A stretch of DNA of 64,000 nucleotides. Source: Verrucomicrobiota bacterium. GTDB lineage: Bacteria > Verrucomicrobiota > Verrucomicrobiia > Limisphaerales > CANJXF01. The position numbers and the translations under genes are program-made. Position 1 is the stretch's first letter. Every line of letters starts with the position of its first letter. Where the stretch lies: NCBI GenBank assembly GCA_038214755.1, contig JBBQRQ010000005.1, positions 35,868 through 99,867 of the forward strand. The letters run 5' to 3'. Shown here piece after piece: positions 18,766 to 28,837 of the stretch. A model generated the notes under the pieces. It did not search any database. It worked only from the letters and a program-made list of their open reading frames with translations, and had not been told where the DNA came from.

Positions 18766-21700
18766 TTACGGCGCGACTCCCACTCGATAAAACTGCGTCT
18801 CGTTATTGGGATTGGGCGCGGTAAATTCAATCACACCGCCCGTGCCCGCAATAGTGCCAGAGATCGTTGTCCAATTGGTGCTCAACATGGAGCCGGAACT
18901 TTGGACGACATATTGTTTGGCGGAAACCGTTGGCCAACTGAGTTTGACTCCGCTCGGCGATTTTTTCAAATCGGACAAAGCGAGTTTGGAATGTCTGTCG
19001 TTCGGGTCGGTGCCCGCCTGAAATTCCTGCGAATTATTCATGCCATCACCATCGGCATCGGCGTTGGCGGCGGAGAGGAGATTGTTGGAAACGCTCCCGA
19101 AATGTTTCAAGCGCCACGAATCAGGAATTCCGTCGCCCATGCTGGAAACAGAGCGGTCAGAAATGGTGAGCACACCTTTTTGCAATGCCTGCGGGAAAAT
19201 TCCCAAACCATTGGGCGAAGCCGAGGCGTGATCGAATTCGATGGAGTAAGCGGCATTGGCGGGAGTGTTGGCCGGCACCGTTACGGTCAAAGTGCCGACG
19301 TTGTTGGTGCCAAAAATTCCGGCGAAATTTCGATTGAGCCATGCGCCGGCATAATTGTTGGCCGACTTGGAATCTGAAAACGCGGGCTGGCCCAAAACAG
19401 AATTGAATTGAACGGACACGACTGCGGGCGAATTTTCCAGCGGCTTGACCCTGAGATTCAACAACGCCAGACGAACGGCCATTGTGCCTTTGATTTCCGC
19501 GCGAATGGGGATGGAGATCGTTCGGTTGGTTCCGGCGACGACATCGTTGGCGACGAATTTTACGAAAGGCGGTTCGCCCGTGTTTGGATCCATTGGGTAA
19601 TCAAATTTGGCGGCGGATTTGGCCGCTGGATAAACGTTGGGAACCTGGATGGCGTTGAGCACGCCGTTGCTCCAATAGCGGGCATACCATTTCAAAGTCG
19701 GGTCGAGCGAGCGGCGGTAAGTGACATACACGTCATCGATCGCCAACATGCCATCGCCAAAAAGAATACTGTCAATGAAGGTGTCATCCTTGTTGAGCAA
19801 ATTGGTGGCAGTCCCGGGAGAGGCATCCATCACATCCAAGAAATCCGATCCTGCAAACGGCGTGTTCAATGAATAAACAGCGGATTGAAAAATTTGCATA
19901 ATGTCGCTGTTCAAAATGTAGCCGTCGCCGAAGTCGCCGGCATTGACCCAGCGAAAGGGCAGCGAATCACCCACCACATATTTACGGCTGCCGGAGTTAT
20001 CGACTTTGATTTGTTTGATGGCGTTGATGGCACCCGCGGCCAACGAGCCGTTGTGGGGCGTTTGAATGCCGAGCGGGGTCTGGATGCCATCGGTGGTTCC
20101 CGATGGGCGTCCGATTTCCACTTGATAAGTATTATCCTGGGCAGCGGTGATGGGGATGTTGAATCCATAAGCGCCCCACAGAACTTTTCCGCCGGTCGGG
20201 CCGTTATAAACCAGATTGTGGGCCATGGAGAACGCCGTTAAATCCTGCGAGAGCGTGTTGTACAAATTGGTTTCACCGTAGCGTTCGTTCCAGGCCAGCG
20301 TCATCAGGCGCGGAAAGGAATCAAAGAAATTCGGGTAGATCGGCGTGTAGGTGGGCGGAGAACTTCCTTCGATGGGTTTCAAGACTCTCGGTAAAAAATA
20401 CGGAAGCGGGCCCACGGCAGGAGCAGCGCCGAGGTTCGTCAAAGATAAAGTAAATTGGAACGAATAAATTTTTTGGTTGGGCACGGACAACGATGTGACT
20501 GGCGCAAAAAAAGTTTGACCCGCCGCGCCAATAAAATCACTGGACGACTCGCCGCTGGCAAAACCGAAGCTGATGCTGTTGGTCTGGTTTATCGAGACGC
20601 CGTTGGACACGACCGTTAAAACCGCGTCGGCACTGGTGGTTATCCCCGCTGTGTTGCTGACTTTGACTTTGTAAATCCCGGCGTCCGTAGTGCTGACACC
20701 GCCGATGGAAAATACATTTGTGTTCGCGCCGGGAAGATTCACGCCGTTGAAAACCCATTGGTAATTCAGATTCGCTCCCGTCGCCACGACGCTAAAAGTC
20801 ACACTCGAACCGGCGGCCACCGCCTGGCTTTGCGGTTGGGTGGTGATCGCCGGAAGTCCACTGCCGCCGCCGCTCTCGCCTGTCCCGGAAAGATTCGCCC
20901 CGGTCACTTCGCGCAGCAGGTGATAAAAATATTCCGTCACGAAAAGCAATCCATTGGTGGAAACCGTCACGGCGACCGGCTCGCGCGCCGCGGCGACATT
21001 CGTGCCTCCGTCGAGCCAGCCGGGAAAATATGTGGAATCCCATTGACTCGGATCCACTCCGTACACCGTGCTGACCGCTCCGGCCTGCGTCATCGAACGC
21101 ACCCGATGATTCCCGCGATCCGCGATGACCAGGACGCCGCTGGGCGCTCGGGTGATTCCGTGCGGCTGATTGAATTTTGCCTGGCTGTTGGTGCCGTCGG
21201 CGAAGCCAGCGGTGAACCCGCCGGCGAGCAAAGTATTATTTCCGTTGGCCGGATCTAAAACGCGGATGGAATTATTTCCCGTGTCACTGATCGCGAGAAA
21301 CCCGTTGTCCAAAAGCGCGATTCCTTTCGGTTGATTGAACCCGCTGCCGACCTGGGTTTTAATTCCGCTCTGAGTAATTTTTTGCACCGTGCCATCCAGT
21401 TGTGTCACAAAAATGTTGGAGCTGTTATCGAGCGCGAAGGCGGTCGGGTTGACCAGGGTCGTGGTGAAAACATTCGTCGTCGTTTTGTTGGCATCATACT
21501 TCCGCAACTTTCCTTCGGTCTGCGTCAAGACATACAAATTATTCGCGCCGTCCACCACCACACCGACCGGCCGGCTGTTGGCGGGCAACGTCAGGTATGT
21601 CGTCGCTTGACTGTTGGCTGTGTCACCGGCCTGCGAAATTTTACGGATCAAATTATTTGTCTTGTCCGCCAGATAAAGATTGCCCGCTGAGTCGAGAGCG

Positions 21701-21915
21701 AGGCTGGAAGGTCCGTTGAATTGAGAAGCGGTAAATGTGTTCCCATTCGCGTTGCCGTACGACTTGGGATTGGACTGCGTCGGTCCGCCGCCAATGGTAT
21801 CCACCACCACTTCGCCCAGCGCTGCGCTGGCCAAAAGCGATACCGCGACAGGAATCAAACTGAGCCGCGCCAGAATTTTCAGACGCGCCAGGAATTTTTT
21901 TTGTAAAGTTTGCAT
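18766..21915 (-). CDS. Large secreted protein: NHL beta-propeller, Ig domain, Ca-binding DADGDG motif, C-terminal FYRV domain
   Basis: Signal peptide, FNGPSSLALDSAGNLY/FNQPHG repeats, ITTQPQSQ...YQW...DAGIY, DADGDGMNNSQE. Confidence 0.8.
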   Translation of the reverse strand: MQTLQKKFLARLKILARLSLIPVAVSLLASAALGEVVVDTIGGGPTQSNPKSYGNANGNTFTASQFNGPSSLALDSAGNLYLADKTNNLIRKISQAGDTANSQATTYLTLPANSRPVGVVVDGANNLYVLTQTEGKLRKYDANKTTTNVFTTTLVNPTAFALDNSSNIFVTQLDGTVQKITQSGIKTQVGSGFNQPKGIALLDNGFLAISDTGNNSIRVLDPANGNNTLLAGGFTAGFADGTNSQAKFNQPHGITRAPSGVLVIADRGNHRVRSMTQAGAVSTVYGVDPSQWDSTYFPGWLDGGTNVAAAREPVAVTVSTNGLLFVTEYFYHLLREVTGANLSGTGESGGGSGLPAITTQPQSQAVAAGSSVTFSVVATGANLNYQWVFNGVNLPGANTNVFSIGGVSTTDAGIYKVKVSNTAGITTSADAVLTVVSNGVSINQTNSISFGFASGESSSDFIGAAGQTFFAPVTSLSVPNQKIYSFQFTLSLTNLGAAPAVGPLPYFLPRVLKPIEGSSPPTYTPIYPNFFDSFPRLMTLAWNERYGETNLYNTLSQDLTAFSMAHNLVYNGPTGGKVLWGAYGFNIPITAAQDNTYQVEIGRPSGTTDGIQTPLGIQTPHNGSLAAGAINAIKQIKVDNSGSRKYVVGDSLPFRWVNAGDFGDGYILNSDIMQIFQSAVYSLNTPFAGSDFLDVMDASPGTATNLLNKDDTFIDSILFGDGMLAIDDVYVTYRRSLDPTLKWYARYWSNGVLNAIQVPNVYPAAKSAAKFDYPMDPNTGEPPFVKFVANDVVAGTNRTISIPIRAEIKGTMAVRLALLNLRVKPLENSPAVVSVQFNSVLGQPAFSDSKSANNYAGAWLNRNFAGIFGTNNVGTLTVTVPANTPANAAYSIEFDHASASPNGLGIFPQALQKGVLTISDRSVSSMGDGIPDSWRLKHFGSVSNNLLSAANADADGDGMNNSQEFQAGTDPNDRHSKLALSDLKKSPSGVKLSWPTVSAKQYVVQSSGSMLSTNWTTISGTIAGTGGVIEFTAPNPNNETQFYRVGVAP

Positions 21916-21955
21916 AAGATCAAAGCGATGATGTGACTGAAACTTTTATTCTGTT

Positions 21956-23596
21956 TTATTCTGTGCCGCTCTTCGGGAAATATTGCGGCTTGACCGGTTT
22001 CGTCCAGTCCACTGGCGTACCCGAGTCCCAGGCGGACCATTTCTCGTCGGTGTGTTCTTCCATTTTACGATGGAGAAACTGACTGCTCTTGTCGTTCGGT
22101 TGAAAATCCGTGTTTTGAATAATCGTCGGCGTGACGAAGATCACGAGATCGCGTTTGTCGCGGGCTTTTTCGTCCTTGCGGAACAAAAGTCCGATGCCGG
22201 GCAAGTCGCCCAGGAGAGGAACTTTGGTGAAGGCCTTGGAACTGTTGTCCTGGCGCAATCCGCCGAGCACGAGAGTGTAGCCGCTGGGAATCATGGCCTG
22301 GGTTTGCAGCTTGCGACGGCTGAAAATAGGGGAGGAAGTTGTCTGGCCTTGCAAGGTCACGGTTTCATCAGCCGCCTCTTTGTTGGAGATTTCCGGACGT
22401 AAATCCAGGAACACATTCGAGACGCCGAAGATGCGCGGCGTGACGAGTAATTTTATGCCGACTTCATTCAAAATCGTGCCATTGGGGCCGGCCAATAAAT
22501 AATTCGGTTTGACCGTATTCGGGTTCACGCCACCACCGACATTGGCGCCTTGTTGTTGTTCAAATATTGGAATGTTACGCACCACCGACAATTCCGTTGG
22601 AACGTTTTCCAGGGTAACGGCTCGCGGCGTGGCGATCGATTTCGTATCCGCATCGCTGTTCAAAAATGACAGCGCGACTTTAACCCCGTCCGCGTTCAGG
22701 AAAAATGTGGATGGACTCAAGCCCGCCATAGTGTTGGCCGAGATTCCCGGCGGCACTCCGCCGACCAAAGTATCAAACGCGGAAGTCGTCGAAGAACCCG
22801 TGGTGGAGGTCGGGCGACCACCCGGAGTTGTCCCCGTGCTGGTCGTTGTTGGCGCGGTCGTGTGGAGCGCTCCGCTGGTCACGCCATTTCCGAAAGTGAT
22901 GTTTTGTTTCGACAACGTATCGGTCCAATCGATGCCTTTGCTCGTGCGAGGATTCTGGTTGATTTCCAGGAAGCGCGCTTCGATCAAAATTTGTTTGGTC
23001 TGAGTATCGAGCTTGGCGATGAGCGATTCGACTTCGAGCAATTCGCGCTCGGTGGCGGAGACGACCAGTTGACTGGTGCGAATGTCCGGCACGACCCGGC
23101 CGCGAGTAGAAATGGTGTTGGTCAAGACCGAGGCCAGATTCGTCGGGCTGGCGTAATTGAGCAGAAAAACTTTGGTCAACAGCGGTTCCAACGCGGCGGC
23201 ATCCTTCATCGTGATGCGCACGATTTTGGTTTTCGGATCTTTGGCCATCTGCAAGTTATAATTTTCCAACAGCGCCACGAGCGCTTCGGACGCCGTGACA
23301 TTTTCCCAGCGAAAGGAGACGGTCGGTTGCGGCGGAATCTTTCCCGTGGCGTCGGGCGGCAGGTTGATAATTTTCGGGTCGAATTGAAAATTGATTCCCG
23401 CTTGGCGCGCCAGCGTCTTGATGGCATCGGGCAACGGCGCTTCATCGATCTGGATGAGCGGCACGATTTCGTTGACGCCATCGGCGGGCGCGACAATGAC
23501 AACATTCGTGGTGTCGGAATTGGTGATGGTCTGCGCCTGGCCCAGCGCCGTGCTGAGCGCCATGACGGCAGTTAAGATTAGGATTTTGATTTTCAT
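21956..23596 (-). CDS. Type II/IV secretion secretin (PilQ/GspD-like)
   Basis: QILIEARF, VGIKLLVTP, KVPLLGDLPGIGLLF, LVIFVTPTII. Confidence 0.92.
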   Translation of the reverse strand: MKIKILILTAVMALSTALGQAQTITNSDTTNVVIVAPADGVNEIVPLIQIDEAPLPDAIKTLARQAGINFQFDPKIINLPPDATGKIPPQPTVSFRWENVTASEALVALLENYNLQMAKDPKTKIVRITMKDAAALEPLLTKVFLLNYASPTNLASVLTNTISTRGRVVPDIRTSQLVVSATERELLEVESLIAKLDTQTKQILIEARFLEINQNPRTSKGIDWTDTLSKQNITFGNGVTSGALHTTAPTTTSTGTTPGGRPTSTTGSSTTSAFDTLVGGVPPGISANTMAGLSPSTFFLNADGVKVALSFLNSDADTKSIATPRAVTLENVPTELSVVRNIPIFEQQQGANVGGGVNPNTVKPNYLLAGPNGTILNEVGIKLLVTPRIFGVSNVFLDLRPEISNKEAADETVTLQGQTTSSPIFSRRKLQTQAMIPSGYTLVLGGLRQDNSSKAFTKVPLLGDLPGIGLLFRKDEKARDKRDLVIFVTPTIIQNTDFQPNDKSSQFLHRKMEEHTDEKWSAWDSGTPVDWTKPVKPQYFPKSGTE

Positions 23597-23617
23597 AAAT
23601 TTTCTGACTAAGATTTT

Positions 23618-24070
23618 TTAGGAGTCACGTAACCGCAGTTCTTTTTTCTCCGAATTTCCTTCCATGGAAATGACCACGGAATTTTCCCGAATTTCCCAGC
23701 AATGGACTTTGATGAGAGCAAGGCCCACTTTCACGGTGGCGGTTTCGCCCACCCCGATGGTTTGATTGTTGATCAAAGCGAAACGGCGATTTTTCAGGCC
23801 GGAAATTCCTTTCAACGCCAGTTGCGTAATGGGAGCGACGACCGGTTGGTCGGGAGAAGGGGGTCGTTCGGCGCGCCGGGTTGATTTCGGATAGAACGGA
23901 TCTTTTCCAATTTTTGCGTCATCGATGAAGATGGATTTCGGGACAACGACCTCGACGGGAGCGGCATTGGTTTCGGTCGCCGCGCCAAAAGTGGAGGACG
24001 GCGCCAGGCAGACTGCGCTGATCGCCAGAATCTTATTTAAATTTTTCAAATACGTTTTCATTACTTTCAT
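23618..24070 (-). CDS. PilP/GspC-like periplasmic protein
   Basis: GKDPFYP, LALKGISG...FALINNQ; position between pilO-like gene and secretin. Confidence 0.6.
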   Translation of the reverse strand: MKVMKTYLKNLNKILAISAVCLAPSSTFGAATETNAAPVEVVVPKSIFIDDAKIGKDPFYPKSTRRAERPPSPDQPVVAPITQLALKGISGLKNRRFALINNQTIGVGETATVKVGLALIKVHCWEIRENSVVISMEGNSEKKELRLRDS

Positions 24071-24071
24071 T

Positions 24072-24650
24072 TCATTGGCCGGTGGGCCTGATCAGCGCGA
24101 CAATTTCAAATTTAAAATTCAGTTGCTCTACCTCGTCTCCGATTGCTTTGGTCGCGGGCGCGAGTTCTAAATTCTGCACCCGCGCATAAGGAAAGCTGTT
24201 CTCGAACTCAGCTAGAAACTTGCCAAGTTCGCTGTAGTGGCTGACTCCCTTGACGGGAAAAGTGGCGGCGCTGTAGGGGAACTTCGGCAAGACGCCAACG
24301 TTTCCGATAAGCTCGCGCTGAAAATCCAAAATCGACACCTGCCGCGTGGCGTTAAAACGATTGATCGTGTTGATGAACCATAAATAAACATCTCCGGAAG
24401 CCATCCCTTCTTCGATGGTCTCGAGCGATTTTGTTTCCGCATCTAAAGTCGCTTCGATTTCTCCGGCGCGTTTCAAAAGATGTTCGGCGTTTGCCACTTT
24501 ATCCTTCATCTCCAGGGTCTTTTGTTGCACACCGGCCAGGCTGCTGTATTGCGTTTGAATCACCAAATACCAGAGTCCAGCCACGACCGCTGCGACGCCG
24601 GCCAGCACCAAACCGATTTGTTGTTTCTTTGCTTTGGAAATTTTATTCAT
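24072..24650 (-). CDS. PilO-like protein
   Basis: N-terminal TM, coiled coil, HYSELGKFLAEFEN; operon position. Confidence 0.7.
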   Translation of the reverse strand: MNKISKAKKQQIGLVLAGVAAVVAGLWYLVIQTQYSSLAGVQQKTLEMKDKVANAEHLLKRAGEIEATLDAETKSLETIEEGMASGDVYLWFINTINRFNATRQVSILDFQRELIGNVGVLPKFPYSAATFPVKGVSHYSELGKFLAEFENSFPYARVQNLELAPATKAIGDEVEQLNFKFEIVALIRPTGQ

Positions 24651-25323
24651 GGCGGCGAATCTCCGGAAATTGCATCTCCAACGTGAACGAGACAAACGGG
24701 CTGCTCGCGCCGTTTGGGTCCAGGGAGGGTTTGGACAAACTGGTCAAACGCAGCGCGTCGCTTTTGGCGAAGTTCGTTTGGAACGACGGGAACTTCGCAA
24801 TCGCTTCTTTCAACTTGCTGTAGTTCTGCCCGGATGGATTCCAATCTTTGGCTTCCAACGTGATCGCAATTTTTTCCACCGCCGCCGCCGGCTTGCTGGG
24901 AACAACTTTGTTGGCATTGGTTTTGGCCGCGACGGGTTCGATGTAGGTAAAGGTCTGGTCCGTTTTCAGCCGGACCGCCTGCACTTGATCCACCACCGTT
25001 TGTTGCAAGGCATTTAAAGTCGAACCCCACAGAAAACGATTCGTCGAAAGCCGGTGCAATACGGAAAGTTTGCGCTCGACGGCCCCGGTTTTTTTCAAAT
25101 CATCCGTCACGCCCGCGTGTTTTTTCTCAATCGCCTTCCAGTGCGCGTCGTGTTTGGAAAATTCAGATTTCGCGGTGACGATCCGGGCCTGGATGATCAA
25201 ACACCAGGTCAACACCAACGAGATCACCAGACCGCCGACCCACAAACTGCGCTTCACCGGATCGCGTCGGCGCAACTCTTCCGCGGCTTGCGCGTCGGCC
25301 AGGAGATTGATGCAAATTGGCAT
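24643..25323 (-). CDS. PilN-like protein
   Basis: INLL N-terminal motif, TM helix, coiled coil. Confidence 0.7.
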   Translation of the reverse strand: MPICINLLADAQAAEELRRRDPVKRSLWVGGLVISLVLTWCLIIQARIVTAKSEFSKHDAHWKAIEKKHAGVTDDLKKTGAVERKLSVLHRLSTNRFLWGSTLNALQQTVVDQVQAVRLKTDQTFTYIEPVAAKTNANKVVPSKPAAAVEKIAITLEAKDWNPSGQNYSKLKEAIAKFPSFQTNFAKSDALRLTSLSKPSLDPNGASSPFVSFTLEMQFPEIRRHE

Positions 25324-25338
25324 AAAGAAATGAGTTGG

Positions 25339-26427
25339 TTAAAATAAACTCGCGGCCGCGCCCAGGACGACGGCCAGTTGCGGCGCCACTTGTTCCATTT
25401 CGCCCGCTTGTTGCGGCGGCAACGCCACGTCTAAAAACGACGCCGGGTTCCACTTCGTGCAGGCCACCATCAAATCAGCTTGCAAATGGTGCGTGATGAA
25501 GTCCGAGCGACCCCCGCCGCCGGAGATAAAAACCTCCGTCACCGTTTTTTCCTGTTGATGCTCGAAGAAATCCATAGAGGCGCGAAGCTCGCGCCCAAGC
25601 GGTGAAAGCAGCGGCTGCAGACTGGATTCAACTTCCGTCGGCATGCCCAATTTGATTCCCTCCGCCTCGACGTAACTGATGCCAAGCGCCTCTGAAAGTC
25701 CGGTCGTGATTTTATCGCCGCCGATGGCCAGCACGCGGCTCAAGGCAAGTTCTCCCTGGCACAAAATATTGATGGTGGTGTTTTTGAAACCGATATCGAC
25801 CAGCGCCACGATATCCTTGGCAAAACGGACGGGGAAAACTTTTTCAAACGCATTGACCGGCCCCAGCGCGCTGAGCGTGATCTGATCGGCGACCAGCCCC
25901 GCCAGCCGGGCCGCTTTTTGCAAATCGTTTACCACCTGATTTTTTGCGCCCCCGACCCACACTCTGCTTTTGGGCGCGCCTTTGGCCACTTCGGTTTTTG
26001 TCGCGACGCGATCCGGTAAAAGCGAACAATCGAAAACGTGATCGGCCAGTTCCTGTTGTAAATAAGTTTTGGTGTTGAACTTGAGCATCAGCCTTATTTC
26101 CGCCACGGGAATTTGCGGAAGTTCCGCGCTGCGCAAAATCGTGTCGGAAATGCCGGCGACCAAGGTGACCACATTTGTCTTGGGAGCGAGAAGTTGGGTG
26201 ATGGCGCGGAGATGTTCGCCGAGCAATTCGGGCGAAGGGATTTTTTCGTAAATCGGCGCGTCTTGAATCGCGTAGCGCACTAAACTGAATTTGTCACCCG
26301 TGCGCTGGAGGTAAACGGCCTTGGTCGTGCGGCTGCCCAGATCAATCGCGACGATGTGGTCGCGTCTGGAATTTTTTTTGCCGAAGAAGGGCAGGCTGCG
26401 TTTTTTTTCTAGTTGCGCTGTGTTCAC
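25339..26427 (-). CDS. pilM: PilM (actin-like type IV pilus assembly protein); start uncertain
   Basis: AIDLGSRTTK, LVDIG, IGGDKIT, ISGGG, LAVVLGAA. Confidence 0.88.
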   Translation of the reverse strand: MNTAQLEKKRSLPFFGKKNSRRDHIVAIDLGSRTTKAVYLQRTGDKFSLVRYAIQDAPIYEKIPSPELLGEHLRAITQLLAPKTNVVTLVAGISDTILRSAELPQIPVAEIRLMLKFNTKTYLQQELADHVFDCSLLPDRVATKTEVAKGAPKSRVWVGGAKNQVVNDLQKAARLAGLVADQITLSALGPVNAFEKVFPVRFAKDIVALVDIGFKNTTINILCQGELALSRVLAIGGDKITTGLSEALGISYVEAEGIKLGMPTEVESSLQPLLSPLGRELRASMDFFEHQQEKTVTEVFISGGGGRSDFITHHLQADLMVACTKWNPASFLDVALPPQQAGEMEQVAPQLAVVLGAAASLF

Positions 26428-26632
26428 CGGACACGGCAATAGCAACTCGCAGGCCGAGTTTCTCAAACCAGCGAATGTCGCCGCGAACTTCGAGAAATTA
26501 GTCGCAAATCAAATAAAAAGTTGTCCCATGTTTCGACAACCAGGTAAAAAAAACAAGCAATGGAAGTCCAACGCGGGGGAGCATCTGCCTCTGGCGGGTG
26601 CGGAGGTTTTCTTTTGAAGGTTCGGGATTTGA

Positions 26633-26803
26633 AAATCCGAAATCCGATTCTCGAAATCCGAAAGAAATCCGAAATCCGAAGACCGAAAACTCCGTGCCAC
26701 CAGCGCACGGAAAAAAGGTTTTATAACCCAGAAAATTCTGCGGCACTTTCGGGTCTTCGGCCTTCGGATTTCTTTCGGATTTCGAGAATCGGATTTCGGA
26801 TTT
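26633..26803. repeat. Long inverted repeat built from AAATCCG heptamers
   Basis: Perfect 41-bp arms 26633-26673 / 26763-26803. Confidence 0.9.
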
Positions 26804-27467
26804 AAGTCCCAGCTTCTTCCGGCTGCTTCCCTTCCTCCGGCTCCGGAGATTTTTCGGTCTCTTCGCTCCTCTCTTCCAACTTCATCGCGGCGACAAATAA
26901 TCCGGTGAACAATCCGCCGCTCAAAAGGGTGTTTCGAAAAAATTCCCACGTGTGCGGCCAACCCGGCGTGCCGACGGTCAACGCCTGAATCAAACCCGCA
27001 AAATTTTTTGGATAATCAGGCAGTTGCAGCCACGCCGCCGTGTTGGTGACCAGATAAAAAATAATTGCGGCCAACATGCCGCCCCCGAGCAATTTCCACC
27101 AACGGAACGCCGATCTCCTGATCGGCACCCGGAGAAATTGATTTTGCCGATCAGGAGATCGGCGTTCCGGCGACGAGGCCCGCGCTGAAAATTTTGTGCC
27201 CAGCCAGATGATAAGGGCGAACGCCAAATAATTTCCGAGCATCGAAATATGAAATGCGCTGACGTGAAAAAAAAAAGAATTGATCAAAATGTCCGTCGTC
27301 AAAAGCGCGCCGAGTGGAATCCACCACGCCAGCCGTTTTGGTAAATAAACCCCGGCGCAAAAAGCAATGGCGTAGGCCGCGCTGAAATTTTGCGGCATCA
27401 ACCCCGGCCAGCGGCTCAACGAAAAAACCGCCAGCAAAACCAGCGGTAGAATATTTTTTGCCTTCAC
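26802..27467 (-). CDS. Putative vitamin/cofactor-binding membrane protein (DUF6580-like) with in-frame palindrome
   Basis: PQNFS, FYLVTN, FFRNTLLS motifs; about 6 TM helices. Confidence 0.7.
   Translation of the reverse strand: MKAKNILPLVLLAVFSLSRWPGLMPQNFSAAYAIAFCAGVYLPKRLAWWIPLGALLTTDILINSFFFHVSAFHISMLGNYLAFALIIWLGTKFSARASSPERRSPDRQNQFLRVPIRRSAFRWWKLLGGGMLAAIIFYLVTNTAAWLQLPDYPKNFAGLIQALTVGTPGWPHTWEFFRNTLLSGGLFTGLFVAAMKLEERSEETEKSPEPEEGKQPEEAGT
27103..27169. repeat. REP doublet inserted in frame
   Basis: Perfect 25-bp arms 27103-27127 / 27145-27169; sister copy intergenic at 27639-27710. Confidence 0.9.
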
Positions 27468-27524
27468 GGAAAAATCATACGCCGCGCTCCGGTGATGACA
27501 AGCTTGCGAAAACTGCGAAGACAA

Positions 27525-27995
27525 CATCGAACATCGAACAGTTTTTTGAAACCAGGATTGTAGCCGCCGACGTGAGGAGGCGGACTGGCTTTCTGAAAGT
27601 TCCGTCAAGAAAGGAATCAGTCCGCCTATCCACGACGCCGGAACGCCGATCTCCTGATCGGCCCGGCGCTAGCAGCATTTCCTCCGAGCCGATCAGGAGA
27701 TCGGCGCTCCTACCGCGTCGTGGCCGCGATGCCCGGTTGCAGACCGAGGCGCTTCTCCTCACGTCGGCGGCTACATTATTTCGAACATCGAACATCGAAT
27801 AACCAATTCACTTCGCACCCGCCGGAGGCAGATGCTACCCGCGAAAGCTGTAACTTCGTCGGAAAAAATTTCGGTCGGGTAGCATCTGCCTGCGGCGGGT
27901 GCGAAAACTTTCGATGTTCGATGTTTTTTCATTTTTGATCCCGGCAATTCTTCTTTTCGAGGTTCGGCGTTGAATGTTCGATGTTCGGTGTTCAC
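27525..27995. repeat. Nested cluster of three REP families plus TCGAACA arrays
   Basis: Arms read directly at 27560/27755, 27639/27688 and 27812/27877. Confidence 0.85.
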
Positions 27996-28005
27996 TGTCA
28001 GTTCG

Positions 28006-28713
28006 ATGCTGTTTGAAACGGTTTATGAAGATGCGGATTTGCTCGTGGTCAACAAACCCGCCGGACTGGTGTGTCACCCGACCAAAGGCGATAAATTCTC
28101 AAGCTTGATCAGCCGCGCCCGATTGCATTGCGGAGAAATTGCCACCGCCCATTTGGTCAATCGGCTCGATCGCGAAACGAGCGGCGTTGTTCTGATCGCA
28201 AAAAATTCCGAGGCCGCCGGCGAGCTTGGGAAAATTTGGGAAAGTCGCTCCGTGCAAAAAAAATATCTTGCCATCGTTCACGGCCACGTGCGCGAAAACA
28301 GCGGCGTGATCGACGCGCCGCTTGGTCAGGATTTGCAGAGCAAAGTGGCGATCAAAGATTGCGTCCGCGCTGATGGCGCGGCGGCGCAAACCGAGTTTGA
28401 GGTGCTCAAGCGTTTTACCCGCGAAAGTGAAAATTTTACATCGCTGCGAGTGACCCCGCGCACGGGCCGCAAACATCAGATTCGCATTCATCTCGCCCAC
28501 ATCGGTCACGCGATTGTCGGCGATAAACTTTACGGGTACGACGAAGACGCCTACCTCGCGCTGGTGGAAAATCGGTTGAGCGCCGAGCAAAAGAAAAAGT
28601 TAATCCTGCCGAATCACGCATTGCACGCCAGCGAGGTTTCACTGAATTGGCGCGGGCAAGAATGGAAATTTTGCGCTGAACCGGAAAAGTTTTTTCAAGA
28701 GTTCGTCCGATGA
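28006..28713 (+). CDS. RluA/RluD family pseudouridine synthase
   Basis: NKPAGL, NRLDRETSG, TGRKHQIRIH, GDKLYG. Confidence 0.93.
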   Translation: MLFETVYEDADLLVVNKPAGLVCHPTKGDKFSSLISRARLHCGEIATAHLVNRLDRETSGVVLIAKNSEAAGELGKIWESRSVQKKYLAIVHGHVRENSGVIDAPLGQDLQSKVAIKDCVRADGAAAQTEFEVLKRFTRESENFTSLRVTPRTGRKHQIRIHLAHIGHAIVGDKLYGYDEDAYLALVENRLSAEQKKKLILPNHALHASEVSLNWRGQEWKFCAEPEKFFQEFVR

Positions 28714-28837
28714 AGAAGATGGAGGATAGACGATAGAAAATAGGGAATGCGGTCAGCCTCGTTCGTGTATTTAGCGTATTTCGCGGGATTCATTTTCAAT
28801 CTTCCATTCTCCATTCTCGATCCTCCATTCTCTCGTC

